Positions 39,424 to 51,379 of a stretch of 64,000 nt of DNA are shown here, piece after piece. The first letter of the stretch is position 1; each line of letters opens with the position of its first letter. The notes under the pieces were generated by a model. It did no database searches. It had not been told where the DNA came from and was given only the letters and a program-made list of their open reading frames with translations. The stretch is from Octopus vulgaris (Eukaryota). Both the position numbers and the translations under genes were made by a program. The DNA is taken from contig OX597819.1 of NCBI GenBank assembly GCA_951406725.2, positions 96,968,001-97,032,000 on the forward strand. The letters run 5' to 3'.

Positions 39424-40565
39424 TGTCTGCATGCATATGTGTTTGTCAATGTGTGTGTGTGACTATGTTTGCTTCCAGCTTTACTGGTGTAAACCAGTGT
39501 TGAATCGTGTCCCTTTATATCAAATGTGCGACTTAGAGATTCAATAAAGATCAATAACGTAATTAAACATTGGAATTGATATATGGTCAACTTGAAGACA
39601 GCGCTCCAGTTACAGTCCAATGGTTGAAAATGAGTGATTATCATTCTCATCATTGTTATTTAATATCTGCTCTCTATACTGGCATGGATTGGATGATTCA
39701 ACAAGTTTGAGAACCATGTCATGCTTCAGTATCACTTTCAGTATGGTTTCTATGGTTGGCTATCCTTCCAAATGCCTGTCATTTTACAGAGCTTTGTTGT
39801 GAGTGAAGGGTGAATGAATGAGCATTTAGAAGAAGCACTGCTCAAGATATGCAAACAGTGTGCTTTACTGTTTTGCCCCAAGTCAACCCTAAATAAGCAG
39901 GCCTTTGGTCAAAAGAATTCCAGCCATGACCACCTCATCTTTCTCTCAGTTATTGCCTATCTATGATTACATTATGATTACATTATGCCTGTCAATGATT
40001 ACATTATGATTTGAAGAAAAGTAGGCTGTTATTACAAGTAGAGCAGGTGACCATTTAGAGGTACATTCTTTGGCCTATATGCTATCTAGGGTAGACTGAT
40101 ATCTTACATAAGGTTGGCAGCTGTGTGGAACAATAGTAGTTAGAGTCTCTGAAAAGGACACCAGATGTCTGATTCAAATTTTATCACATCACTTAAATCA
40201 CCATGAGGGATCAGTATGTTTTTAGGTGTGTATTATTGGTAAATGATGTTGTGGTATTATGAAAGCATTATTTCACATATGTAACCCCAGTGTGGAAAGA
40301 ATATATTTTCATGTCCACTTTACAGAACATTTTCAAGGATTACCAATCTGTGGTTGAGACAAACATATTTGACATAAACAGGTTGTACATCACTACACTA
40401 CTTGCAATGTATGACTGAAGAGCACTGTACTACACAGCAGAAGATTGTAGTAGCATGAAGTACACTGGTGTAAGTACAACTGAAGTACATTGTACTTCAT
40501 TTATACATTACAGTAGAAGATTACATTACATTTCTATACAAAACAGATGACAACCAGCAACTTAC

Positions 40566-40664
40566 CTTAACAGTTGCTGCTCTAGGTATGCCATAAATAA
40601 GGGCCAGTTCTCCAAAACTTCCGCCTTCACCAATGGTGGTTACATGTTCATTGTTTACATAAAC
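40566..40664 (-). CDS. Pka-R1: PKA-RI exon B (99 nt): [33 protein letters not shown], phosphate-binding cassette A
   Basis: ttacag|GTT...AAG|gtaagt, phase 0/0; [15 protein letters not shown] motif. Confidence 0.97.
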
Positions 40665-40689
40665 CTGTAAATAAAATAAGATAGAACAT

Positions 40690-40905
40690 ATAGTAAGCAA
40701 TACACTGGTAAGCTGTAGTGAACATATAATAAACAATACATTGGTGAGACAGATTGTAGAAAACAAATACATTGGTGAGGCAGACTGTAGTAAACAAAAG
40801 CAATACATTGGTGAGACAAAGTTTTGTAAACATACGGTAAACAATATATTAGAGAGACAATAGTAAACATAGTAAACAATATACTGGAGTGAGAGACTGA
40901 ATTTA
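40690..40905. repeat. Degenerate 30-40 bp minisatellite beside the exon B acceptor
   Basis: AAACAATACATTGGTGAGACAGA, ~6 copies. Confidence 0.85.
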
Positions 40906-41512
40906 CAAGCACTTAGTACAGTAATGTTTACATTATTAAACTGATGGTTTTAACAGTAGTTTCTTCCATAAAATTCTTAAGATTTTCTTTTATAGATTTA
41001 AAGGTGATGATTTAGAATAACAGAATAAGAAATAGATTGGTCTCAAATGAATTAATCATGAATTCTAATTATCTATTGATGTTTTCTATCTCAATAATGG
41101 AAGACAAACTATAGAATTATTGGATCAATAAAGAGGTACAACAGTTTCAATTTGGTCAGCTTTCTTATGCATTTCATTTGATTAATTTTACTAATCCACA
41201 CACACAAAATCTTATCAGGTTTCGTTTCCTACACATGTACATTCTTCTCTTCCTTTCCCCTATGATATTTATTTCCTTCTCTTCTACTCATATTTCTTGC
41301 TTCCTTGACCTTATTTTTCCAACCCTTTCTCCTGCTCAATCCATCACGTATTTTTTCCACTGAGTATTTGTATTTCTCACTCCCACCCACTTGTGACAAA
41401 GGACTAATGTTTGAAATGTTAAGACACTTTCTCTTTCCATTAAAGCATTAAGCTAATATCTTATTTGCCAAACTTGGTTCTACTTGTGTTGTCCTTTTAA
41501 AAGTTCATGGTA

Positions 41513-41557
<45 letters not shown>

Positions 41558-41569
41558 TCAGCAGATTAT

Positions 41570-41892
41570 AGGCGTGTGGATAAGGAGTTCATTTTATTCC
41601 CATATGATCTTCAGTTCTATCTCATTCTGCAGCATCTCGGGCAAGTGTCTTCTACTGTAGCCTCATGCCAACCAATGCCTTGTGAGTGGATCGAATTCCA
41701 TAGACGGAAACTGTATGGACGCCTGTTGTGTGTGTGTGTCACCATCACTTGCCAATAGATGTTGGTTAGTTTACATCTCTGTACCTTACTGATGAAGCAA
41801 AAAAGACAGATAAAGTACTGGGGTTGATTTGCTTGACTAAACTCTTTAAGGAAGTGCCCCAGTATGGCCAAAGTCCAGTAAATGAAATAAAT
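41570..41892 (+). mobile_element. SINE family A (diverged)
   Basis: GGGCAAGTGTCTTCTACT, GACGGAAACTG, AAGTACTGGGGTTGATTTG. Confidence 0.8.
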
Positions 41893-42567
41893 AAAATATA
41901 AACAATATATATATATATATCAAAATACAGGTTCACATAAGCACATGTATGTGCAAGTATGTGTATATGTTATGAGCAAATTATATGTATTTCTGCAATG
42001 GTGGTGGACATACAGAAACCCAGTTGCAACTATGTAGCACTAAACAGGCAACCCTCTCCAACTGTAGTCTTAAATTGATTAGTCTTTCTGGTGGAATATT
42101 TTACACAATAACCTAGAAAAGTTGATCGTTTCAAACATTCATGGATTAAATGACTGACATAAAAATTGCTATAAATTTCCGTCAATAAATAACATTGATT
42201 GGCACAAGGTTACACATATACATATGGATAATGTAAAGTTCACTATGTAGTGGTGAAATAAAAGTAAACATACTAACATACATTATGTGTGTGTGTGTGT
42301 TTGTGGATAGATAAGTATGTATAGTACAGATGAATGGTTAAGAAATTCACTTTGGAATCACAAGTTTCTAAGTTCAATCTCACTGCTTGGTAACTAAGGT
42401 AAATGTTATTTCCTATAGCATAGAACCAGTCCACACCTTGTAATATTGGGTAAACGCTTGCTGTGGAGCAGTCTATCAGCTGGATTATGTTTGTAATTTT
42501 AAGGTCCAGCCTTGTCAAACTGAGTCACACTGATACCAAGGGAATAGTACACATTTGCAGGCATATA

Positions 42568-42823
42568 CAGTGTGTGGCAGAAAGACTGCTCCGATTTCAA
42601 AGGTTAATAAAAAAACAAATACATGAAGATGCATGAAAAAAATTTCGTATTTCTATGAAATTCATTAAAGCCATTTTTTTTTCCATTTCAGGTAGTACCT
42701 ACCATAGCCTGGAGTGGAGAGAATTGTGCGTTTGTTAGAAATAGAAATTTTTTTTCTTGTATCTTCATCCATTTGTTTTATTATTAACTTTTGAAATCAG
42801 GGCAACCTTTCTGCCGTACCCTG
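42568..42823. mobile_element. Tc1/mariner-type MITE with ~85 bp imperfect TIRs
   Basis: TA|CAGTGTGTGGCAGAAAG... / ...CTTTCTGCCGTACCCTG|TA. Confidence 0.85.
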
Positions 42824-42849
42824 TATGTGTGTGTGAGGTGGTGGGGGGG

Positions 42850-43213
42850 AAGAAGCTTGCTTTCCAACCATTTGGTTCTGGGTTCAGTTCCACCATGTGG
42901 TACCTTGGGTGAGTATCTTCTTCTAAAGCCTTGGGCCAATCAAAGCTGTGTGAGTGGATCTGGTAGACGGAAACCAAAAGAAGCCTGTTGTATGTATGTG
43001 TGTGTGTGTGTGTGTCTATTTCCTCCCACCACTGCTTGACAACCAGTGCTGGCGTGTTTATGTCTCTGTAACTTAGCAGTTCGACAAAAGAGACCAGTAG
43101 AATAAGTACCAGGCTTATGAAAAATAATTACTGGGGTTGATACATTTGACTACAAATTCTTCAAGGCGGTGCCCCAGCATGACCACAGTCAGATTACTGA
43201 TGCAAGTAAAAGA
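42850..43213 (+). mobile_element. SINE family A
   Basis: Homology to the family A consensus. Confidence 0.88.
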
Positions 43214-43501
43214 TAGATGTCTTGAGATTATTCAGTTACTTACATGTTAATTCAGTGAGCAGGTAATGCAACTGATTCAACAATTGACATCTCACTGCCA
43301 AAGAGCCATTTATGTATATGTGTGTACACACATTCATACACATACTCACACATACATATATAGGAGACAAATGATTGAATTTAGACTCAGTATATATACA
43401 TGCCTGCAACAAATTCTCATATCAAGAGGCAGTAAAATTCCCAATAATATTGTGCTAGAGGGAGTGTGTACATATATATGTGTGTGTGTATACATATATA
43501 T

Positions 43502-44319
43502 CAGGCATGTGCCATTAGTAATTAGTCAGGGTAGGCAGTTGGTGACATTTATGGGATCTTTTTGGTTTGAACGGCAGTTTTAACATAATTTCTAGGTAAC
43601 TAAAAAATTTTAAACTTCGTATACTGGTAGAATGTGTTTATAAAACATCTTTTTCTCTTGGCTTTATTGAGAAAAATTCTATAGTTTGTAAGATATCTGT
43701 TGTTGTTTTTCTGCAATTTCAACCAATCACTTACGTCTATTGAGGTAAAAAAACATTCTGTGCCGTATGAATATGTTCCTCATTTAAGAAACAGATTGGA
43801 TTTATTTACATTTGTGAAGAAAAAAGATACCCTTCCCCCCACCCCTAACCCTAACCCAACAGATTGAAATGCAATAGATCGATACTAGGGTCATAATTAT
43901 AGGTGACAATTTCATATGACACCGCTAGAAAAAACTGCCGTTCAAACTGAAAAGATCCCATTTATGTAGTAAAACACATGAAAAATAAGTGAAACACAGT
44001 TGTGTGACTGAGTTGAAGGCAGCTTTACTTCTGCCATTGTAGCATGTAAAGAAAACATTGTAGGAATGTATGCAGCACGTGTACTACAGCAGTACTATAC
44101 ATTGCTTAAATACTGAGATTGAAAGGTAGGAGCAAATTATGCCTACCTAATCTACAAAAAAATAAAATATTTTGCATTTTATGCATAGTAATCAGAATAA
44201 CCTTCATAATTTTATTGAATTAGGTGCATATTTTGCCATAAAAAGAAAATGTTGCTATTGATCTTATTTTATTCAAGGTAGGCAGTGCCTACCTTGCCTA
44301 CCTAAGGGGCACATCCCTG
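43502..44319. mobile_element. Non-autonomous hAT-like element
   Basis: TIR CAGGCATGTGCC / GGCACATCCCTG; repeated subterminal GGTAGGCA/TGCCTACC. Confidence 0.7.
43554..43958. mobile_element. MITE with ~28 bp TIRs and 8 bp TSD CATTTATG, nested in the hAT-like element
   Basis: GGATCTTTTTGGTTTGAACGGCAGTTTT / AAAACTGCCGTTCAAACTGAAAAGATCC. Confidence 0.9.
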
Positions 44320-44329
44320 ACATACTTAT

Positions 44330-44640
44330 GTGAAAGCCCATGGCTCAATGGTTAGAGTGTCAAGCTCACAACCATGAGATAGTGAGTTCAATCTTGAGCA
44401 AGATACTTTATTTCACATTACTCCAGTTCATTCAGCTGTAGAAATGAGTTGCGATATCACTGGTGTCAAACTGTATCAGCCTTTGCCTTTTCCTTGGGTA
44501 ATATCAGTGGTGCGGAGAGGAGAGGCTGATATGCATAGGCAACTGCTGGTCTTTCATAAACAACATTGCCTGGATTTGTGCCTTGGAGGGGAACTTTCTA
44601 GGTGCAATCCTATGGTCATTCTTGACCGAAAGGGGTCTTT
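44330..44640 (+). mobile_element. SINE family C
   Basis: Homologous to 2033-2371. Confidence 0.85.
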
Positions 44641-45249
44641 ACCTGTTTTACCTTTGCATATGTGGTGGGTATATATAAATATATAGAAGGAGAGAGAAGG
44701 CAAGTGATAGAGGGTACAAGTAGCAGAAAGATTGAGTGATAGACATGATGAGTGACAGGTGAGTTAGAGAGATGAGGAACTAACAAAGAGGCCAAAGATG
44801 TAGACTTGATAGTATACATATACACGCAACCCTACATATATGTACATACACAAATACACATATACATGTGCAAACGTGCTTCCATACACTCACACACACA
44901 CACACACCCTATTTTAATGTCCATTAGACTATACCTGGTTTGACAATGCCATTTGATTATACCACGTTTTCTCATGATATATTAGAATACAGAGCATGAC
45001 ACCCTGTCAAATTTTGTCTTAGTTGACAAATGTTAGGTATTGGGACTTATTCCTGGCAAAAAAAAAACAACTTCTGCAATTGTCTCAGTAGGAAGATGGC
45101 ATTAGTTGTATTTCTTCCTGGCACAAAACCAAGCTGCACTGCACCTATGTTAATTCTCTTCCTAATCAATTTTGCAGTAACTCAATTGCACAATAACTCT
45201 TTCAGTAAATTTCATAAATTGGCCTAAAAGTTTAATACCTATGCAGCTT

Positions 45250-45445
45250 CCTCTTTTAGCACATCCTCTTTGCCTCTGCAGCAGTTAACAATGATGCTGC
45301 TACTACAAGAGTCAATGGGTATGACACCCTCCAGTACTTTCTGATTTACTATGCAGGTAACCATCCAATGTCCTGCTCCATTTGACATTTTAAGCATTTC
45401 TGTAGTAATTCCTGGGGGGCTGAGTGCTTTCTCTATTTCTGTATC
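45250..45445 (-). mobile_element. RTE reverse transcriptase fragment
   Basis: KALSPPGITTEMLK...IVNCCRGKEDVL. Confidence 0.75.
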
Positions 45446-47218
45446 TTTAACTACTTTTGCTGTTAGCATGAATGGCTGATGCTTCTCTAGGATGTAGTAA
45501 AGGTAGACCCTTTTTCTTACACATTTGCATACACACACATACATATACACAAACACACATACGCATGTGTGGGTATGCCAGCATGAAACATGGACGTTAA
45601 ATCATGGTGACGATGATATACAAAAGCATTAACTGTATTTGTGAATTTCTCTAAGACTGTGTCAACAGAAGAACTATGCTACCTGCTGTCAAAGCTATTA
45701 TGATCATGAAAACCCATCAATCTTTATGCAAAAGTACAGCTGATTCAACATCAGCACCTATCTTTCAGCGAGACACCCTAGCTCCTTTTCTCTTTGTTTC
45801 TGTAGTGGACTACATCCTAAGGCAAAGTCTTGACACCATCTAAGACAAGAGTCTCACTACTCAGCAGAAGTGGTCAAGACCATCAGTATAGGTTCAAGAG
45901 ACACAGGCTCCATTGACATATTCCACCCCACTCTATTATTGTTGCTCAATGAGAGTTAGTCTTTACTGGGCACTGCTACCATGCTGACCACCAGGTCATA
46001 TCAGATGTTATATTTTGGAGACTTCCAATCTAAATAGAGGACAAAGACCACTCGACTAAATAAATTTTATTGGCAGAGATGCACAACATAAAATTGATGA
46101 TCTACTAAAGCTAATAGGGGATGGAAATTTTTGGTTTAGTGTGGGGAAGAATATCTCGGTTGCAGTTGCTTGAAGAATAAAATGTATATATTCCTTTATA
46201 TATACAAAAATGAATATGTGTGTGTGTGTGTGTGAGAGAGAGAGAAAGAGTGTGTGTGTGTGTACACACATATTACTTGGGTTACAATTACATACACATA
46301 TTTATGTATTTGTGCATGTACATGTGTATTATACTACGTGATTTAGATGCTTTGAAAACTGTATCAGTTTCATATAAAAGGATTGTTATGGTGCTGACAT
46401 TAACCGAGGGCTTACAATGACATCTTCTAAGAAATATAGAATCACTTGCTAGGGAAAAACTAATTGATCTATGATCAATAAGAGATCAATGACAATGAGA
46501 CCAATATCACTTACTTTACCATCCCCACCCACACATTAAAATACAAAGTACAGCACATCTTACAAGATGCTACTGTGCGCACGCATTTCAATGAAAACAG
46601 AAAGAATAATAAAGACAGATCTATAAAATCTAGTACCATCACTGTGGCTGCTACCATCAGCATTATCATGAATTCAATGCTCACACACACTACACACACA
46701 CTCCTGCAATGCCCAGGAGAGACTGAAAGTGAAATGAAGTATATTTCCTAGAATAGGTTAATCTTTATCTAATATACACATCAATACATGTATTAGTAGA
46801 AAGGAATTTTAAACATATGAAAGCAGGGAAAGCAACTGGACAATCAACAATTGTCACTAAGATGCTGAATATATCCAGTGAAATATAACTGCTGCAAGTC
46901 AAATGTGTGTGTGAGAAAGGCTTTCATTTGAGCAATGAAAACTCGATAAAGAAGGAATCTGCTTTATGCACTTTGGCAACCGCCTGACCCTAAAGATCAC
47001 ACCTGTTGTGTGTCTACTGGATCTGGATCCACACTGAAGCTTTGAGACAATAATAAAGCATTGTGGGTCTTTAGGGAGTTCAATAAAAGTTTGGGAAATA
47101 TCTAACCAAAGACAACCACTAAGAAAAAAAAAGTACCAATGCTACCACATTATTCAGTGATGATAAAGGTATTCTGAAGCAACGGAGATAGAATTTCAAA
47201 GATCTTTACAACACTATC

Positions 47219-47567
47219 AGGTGTGGCAGTATAGTAAAAAGTGCACTTTCAAACTGTGTGGTTCTGGATTCAGACCCACTGCAAGGCACCTCAGGCAAGT
47301 GTCTTCTATAGCCTTCAGCTGACCAAAGCCTTCTGTGTGGATTCAGTAGACGGAAACTGAAAGAAGAGTGTGTGTGTTTGTCTGTCCCTCACCACTGCTT
47401 GACAGCCAAGATTGGTGAGTTTAATGTTCCCATAACTTAGCAGTTTGGCAAAAGAGAGCAACAGAATAAGTACTAGACTTAAACAAAATAAGTATTGGGT
47501 TTGATTTGTTTGACTAATGTTCCTCAAGGTGGTGCCCCAATGTCAAATGACAGAAACAAGTAAAAGA
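47219..47567 (+). mobile_element. SINE family A
   Basis: Homology to the family A consensus. Confidence 0.85.
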
Positions 47568-47929
47568 TAATAGCTTACTGCAGTACCATGTTATGGAAGA
47601 AATAGATAGGAATCCCAACACAAAACAAATGGAAATTGCCATTAAACAAATAAATTCCAGAAAAATCATAGGAATTGATAGTAAACTAGTTTAGGTCATG
47701 GTGGGGATGTAGTGGCTGATTTTGTGATCACACTAATTTTCTATATGTGGGATGTTTCCCAAATTCTAACCATGAGATTGGAAAGTTGCAGCATTCAGCT
47801 TTTCTATCCATAGGTGTTTTCCAACTTAACATTTACATGCTATTATTTATACTGTGAGATATAATTCCCAAAAACAATTATTTCATGATCTCTTGTGTGT
47901 ATATACATATACATATTTGTGTATATCAC

Positions 47930-48165
47930 CACCATTGTCATCAACATTTAACATCCGTTGTCCATGCTGGAATGAATTGGATGGTTTAACTAGGGCTGGC
48001 AAGCTGAGGGGTTGCACCAGACTCCAGTCTGATTTGACATGGTTTCTGCTGCTGGATGCCCTTCCCAACACCAACCACTCAGAGAGTGTAAGGTTGCTTT
48101 TACATGCCAGTTGTGTGAGACTAGTATCTGCTGCAGCTACGATTTCACTTGGTTTGATGGGTCTT
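47930..48165 (-). mobile_element. RTE tail element (family B)
   Basis: CTGGATGCCCTTCCCAACACCAACCACTC. Confidence 0.8.
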
Positions 48166-48168
48166 CTA

Positions 48169-48252
<84 letters not shown>

Positions 48253-48599
48253 GGCACACAGACACACACCAGAGTAAGCACATGAATGTGAAATAAGGTG
48301 GAGAAAATAGTACTCAAATATTGGAGGTAGAGTAGTATGCTTTATTAATAAAGTATGTGTGTGTGTGCACAGGTGCATGCAAAATGCAAACGTACACAGA
48401 TGCACACATATGAACACATTGTTTTTGAAAATATATAGTTAAGGAATATTTTCTGCCAGGGCATGTGTGTAGTAGGGTATTAAACAGGGACTGTGTTAAA
48501 GCTAGTTATTCAGCTCGTCAGAATTTCGGTTGCTATATTCAGAGGTTATAATGCTGCAAAGCTAAATGTAAAAGAGGGATAAACAGATGGTCGACTACA

Positions 48600-48900
48600 A
48601 TGGAGCAACTACAGAATTTGTGAGAACTGCCCACCGGATAATATACAACACTAAAATAAAAACAAACAGCTGAGATGAATGTAAAACACATATAGGGGTA
48701 ACTGAGCTAAAATTCAAAAATCAATTTTATAAACACAAACATTCATTTGTCACCTTGATAAAAAAAAATGTGCTATGGCTACGTCAAAATTTATATGATT
48801 CTTGTGTAAGACAACTCCACATCAATTCAAATTTACCTAGTTGGTTATAGAATATGCATGACCATACAAGAACGATACCTTCAATTCAAAAATGCAGTGT
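48600..48900 (+). pseudogene. Penelope-like GIY-YIG endonuclease relic
   Basis: SNYRICENCP..IIYNTKIKT...KTHIGVTELKFKNQFYKHKHSF...SKFI*..., with stops and frameshifts. Confidence 0.75.
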
Positions 48901-49106
48901 GACCTTTAAGCAAGAAATTAAGAATTTTGTTTCAAGGCAGTAATGCTTTGAACAAAAGAACAGGAATGTTAGTGCCTTGTATGCAGGCGGCTATGTACCT
49001 TGTGTAAATACTAACTTCTTCGAATTCCATCCTGGTTGACGTATAAATAAAAAAAAAAAGATTTTGAAATGTTAAATTAATATATGTATATACATGTACA
49101 TGTATG

Positions 49107-49155
<49 letters not shown>

Positions 49156-49629
49156 TTATACACACACATATATATGTATACACACACACAGATACATATA
49201 TACATACATACCTACATATGTTTATACATCCTTGTCTGTGCTCGTCACATCGACCGCACCACTGCCCTCTCACCAATCCCCTAACTTTCCCACCCCTCCA
49301 CGCTACCCCTTCGTTGGAGGATACTACGGGCCTTCCGTCATCTCCAGCTCGATCCCACCACCTGCCCCATTTTCCCCAACCTACCCTTGTCTTCCTTCAA
49401 ACGCGCCCGGAACCTATGCAATCTCCTGGTCCGTATCACCTTCTCCTCTTCCCCCTCAGCCCCACATGGATCCTTCCTGTGCTTAAGATCCCACTGCAAC
49501 ACCAGCCCCTTCACCACTTCTATCACTGGTTCTAACCAACAAACTGTGTTTATTAGAAATTCCTTCACTTGCACTTCTTCTAACCTCATCTACTGCATTA
49601 AATGCAACCTCTGTGGGAAGCTTTATGTA

Positions 49630-50500
49630 TCCACAAACGCACATATACCTCCCACACACCACACACATACATACACATATACACACATACACCCACATGC
49701 ACACATATATGCGCGGACACACACACACACGTACACAAACGTATACACACACACGCAGAGGAATGCACAGATACCTATCCCACACAACCCCATGCACACA
49801 CAGACACACATACCTTTAGACACACACACATAAATATACACACAACCACATATACACATGCACATAATACATGCCCACACACACACACACACTAGCACAG
49901 GTTCGCACATATACCTCCAACAAACAATACATATACAGACATGCACACAATTATACACAGATGGGCACATGCACACAGGCACGTAAGCACACAGGTACGC
50001 ACATTATGCCTACACAAACCCCCACACACATGCATACACAAATTCACATACACACCTATACATATACATACACACACAATATATGCATACACGTGCACAC
50101 ACGCATACACATACGTATACATATATAGACACAGACACAAACATGAATACATATATGCACACACACACACCTAACACTCACAACTTCATGCATACACGTA
50201 TATAGGCCCACATACGTATACATGCACACACAACTATGCGCACATACACACACACACAAATGAACCCACACATACCTCCCATACACACAGCATATACTCA
50301 TACATACACGCACACAATTATACATACATGTATACACACATATGCACATACAAGCACACGCACACATACACAAAGTAAAGCACAGTTATGCTGCACACAC
50401 AACCTCTACACATACACACATGAATACACATATACATACATATACACACACACACTGCAAACAAAACACACACACAATACATATACATACAAGCACAAAC
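49630..50500. repeat. ~870 bp degenerate (CA)/(TA)-rich tract
   Basis: Direct inspection. Confidence 0.95.
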
Positions 50501-50846
50501 ACATACTTCAACCTACCAGTACCTTCCACTGACCATTCTTCTACACACATGGGTAGGTAAGGACAAAAGAGCCACTCCTACTATCATTCTTCCTAAGACC
50601 TTAAAGGAGACCTTAAAAGTCCAACCACACACATAGATTAACAGCCACAACCACACACACAGACACATGTGCTATCATTACACACACACACACACACACA
50701 GACCTGCACGCACACACATATCTGTACATACACACATACCTCCTTCTATTGCACTCTCCTGTCTTTGAAAACTTTTTCTTCACCCATTCCCTTCAGGTCA
50801 TTCAATACGTTGGCGATTTTTCTTCCTCCGTCTTCCCTTTTCTTAT

Positions 50847-50881
50847 GTTTCTGACGAAGAGCACCGCTCGAAACGTTAAAT
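50847..50881 (+). ncRNA. Minimal type I hammerhead ribozyme (dimer type)
   Basis: GTTT-CTGACGA-A-GAGC(ACC)GCTC-GAA-ACGT-T|AAAT: intact core, 4 bp stem II, palindromic ACGT stem III, stem I GTTT/AAAT. Confidence 0.8.
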
Positions 50882-51379
50882 CCTTCTTTCTTTCCTTTCC
50901 TGAGTGTCCAATAACACTATACTTGTTCCACATCCTCGCGTTGTTGTGTTTTCTCTTTGTGTTTTCATGTTTGGATTAACTATATATATATATATATATA
51001 TATTTGTCTATTAGGTTTTTTGGTAGTTTTTGAATGTTTAGGCTGTTTATATTCAACATTTTTGATAGGCCGTTCTATTTGTATTTTATTTGATTATATA
51101 CTTTTACCTTCTATGATCTTGTGTATATGTATTATTTTTTTATGTGTTTGGGAACCATGGTGATTTTTATGCATGATTAAATATTTGAGGAGTGGTGTTG
51201 TATGTAAAGTCATTGACCTAAATTTAATGTTTGTTCTATAACCAGTGCTTCTTTATCTTCATCTCATATATATTTGAGCACTTCTTTTGCAGTCCTAAAA
51301 ACCCTTTTGTTTCTATAATAAGAGACAAATATTATTTCTTCTTGTATGTATCTATGTATATATATATATGCTTATAAAT

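Larger units (their letters stand above)
49238..50990 (+). mobile_element. Penelope-like (Neptune-type) element: RT thumb, Cys linker and GIY-YIG start, CA-rich tract, 3' end with hammerhead
   Basis: HPSTLPLR.RILRAFRHLQLDPTT.PIFP.LPLSSFKRARNL.NLLVR...FTCTSSNLIYCIKCNLCGKLYV; bounded by (TA)n tracts. Confidence 0.85.

Noticed and set aside
43843-43857. Interstitial telomere
   Set aside because: Only about 2.5 CCCTAA units, inside a MITE
48495-48535. Minus-strand CTGACGAGCT...AGCT hammerhead candidate
   Set aside because: Stem II is followed by TTAA, not GAAA
51010-51345. A-rich minus-strand coding-like stretch
   Set aside because: Multiple stops and no recognisable motif; possibly an old TE but not assignable
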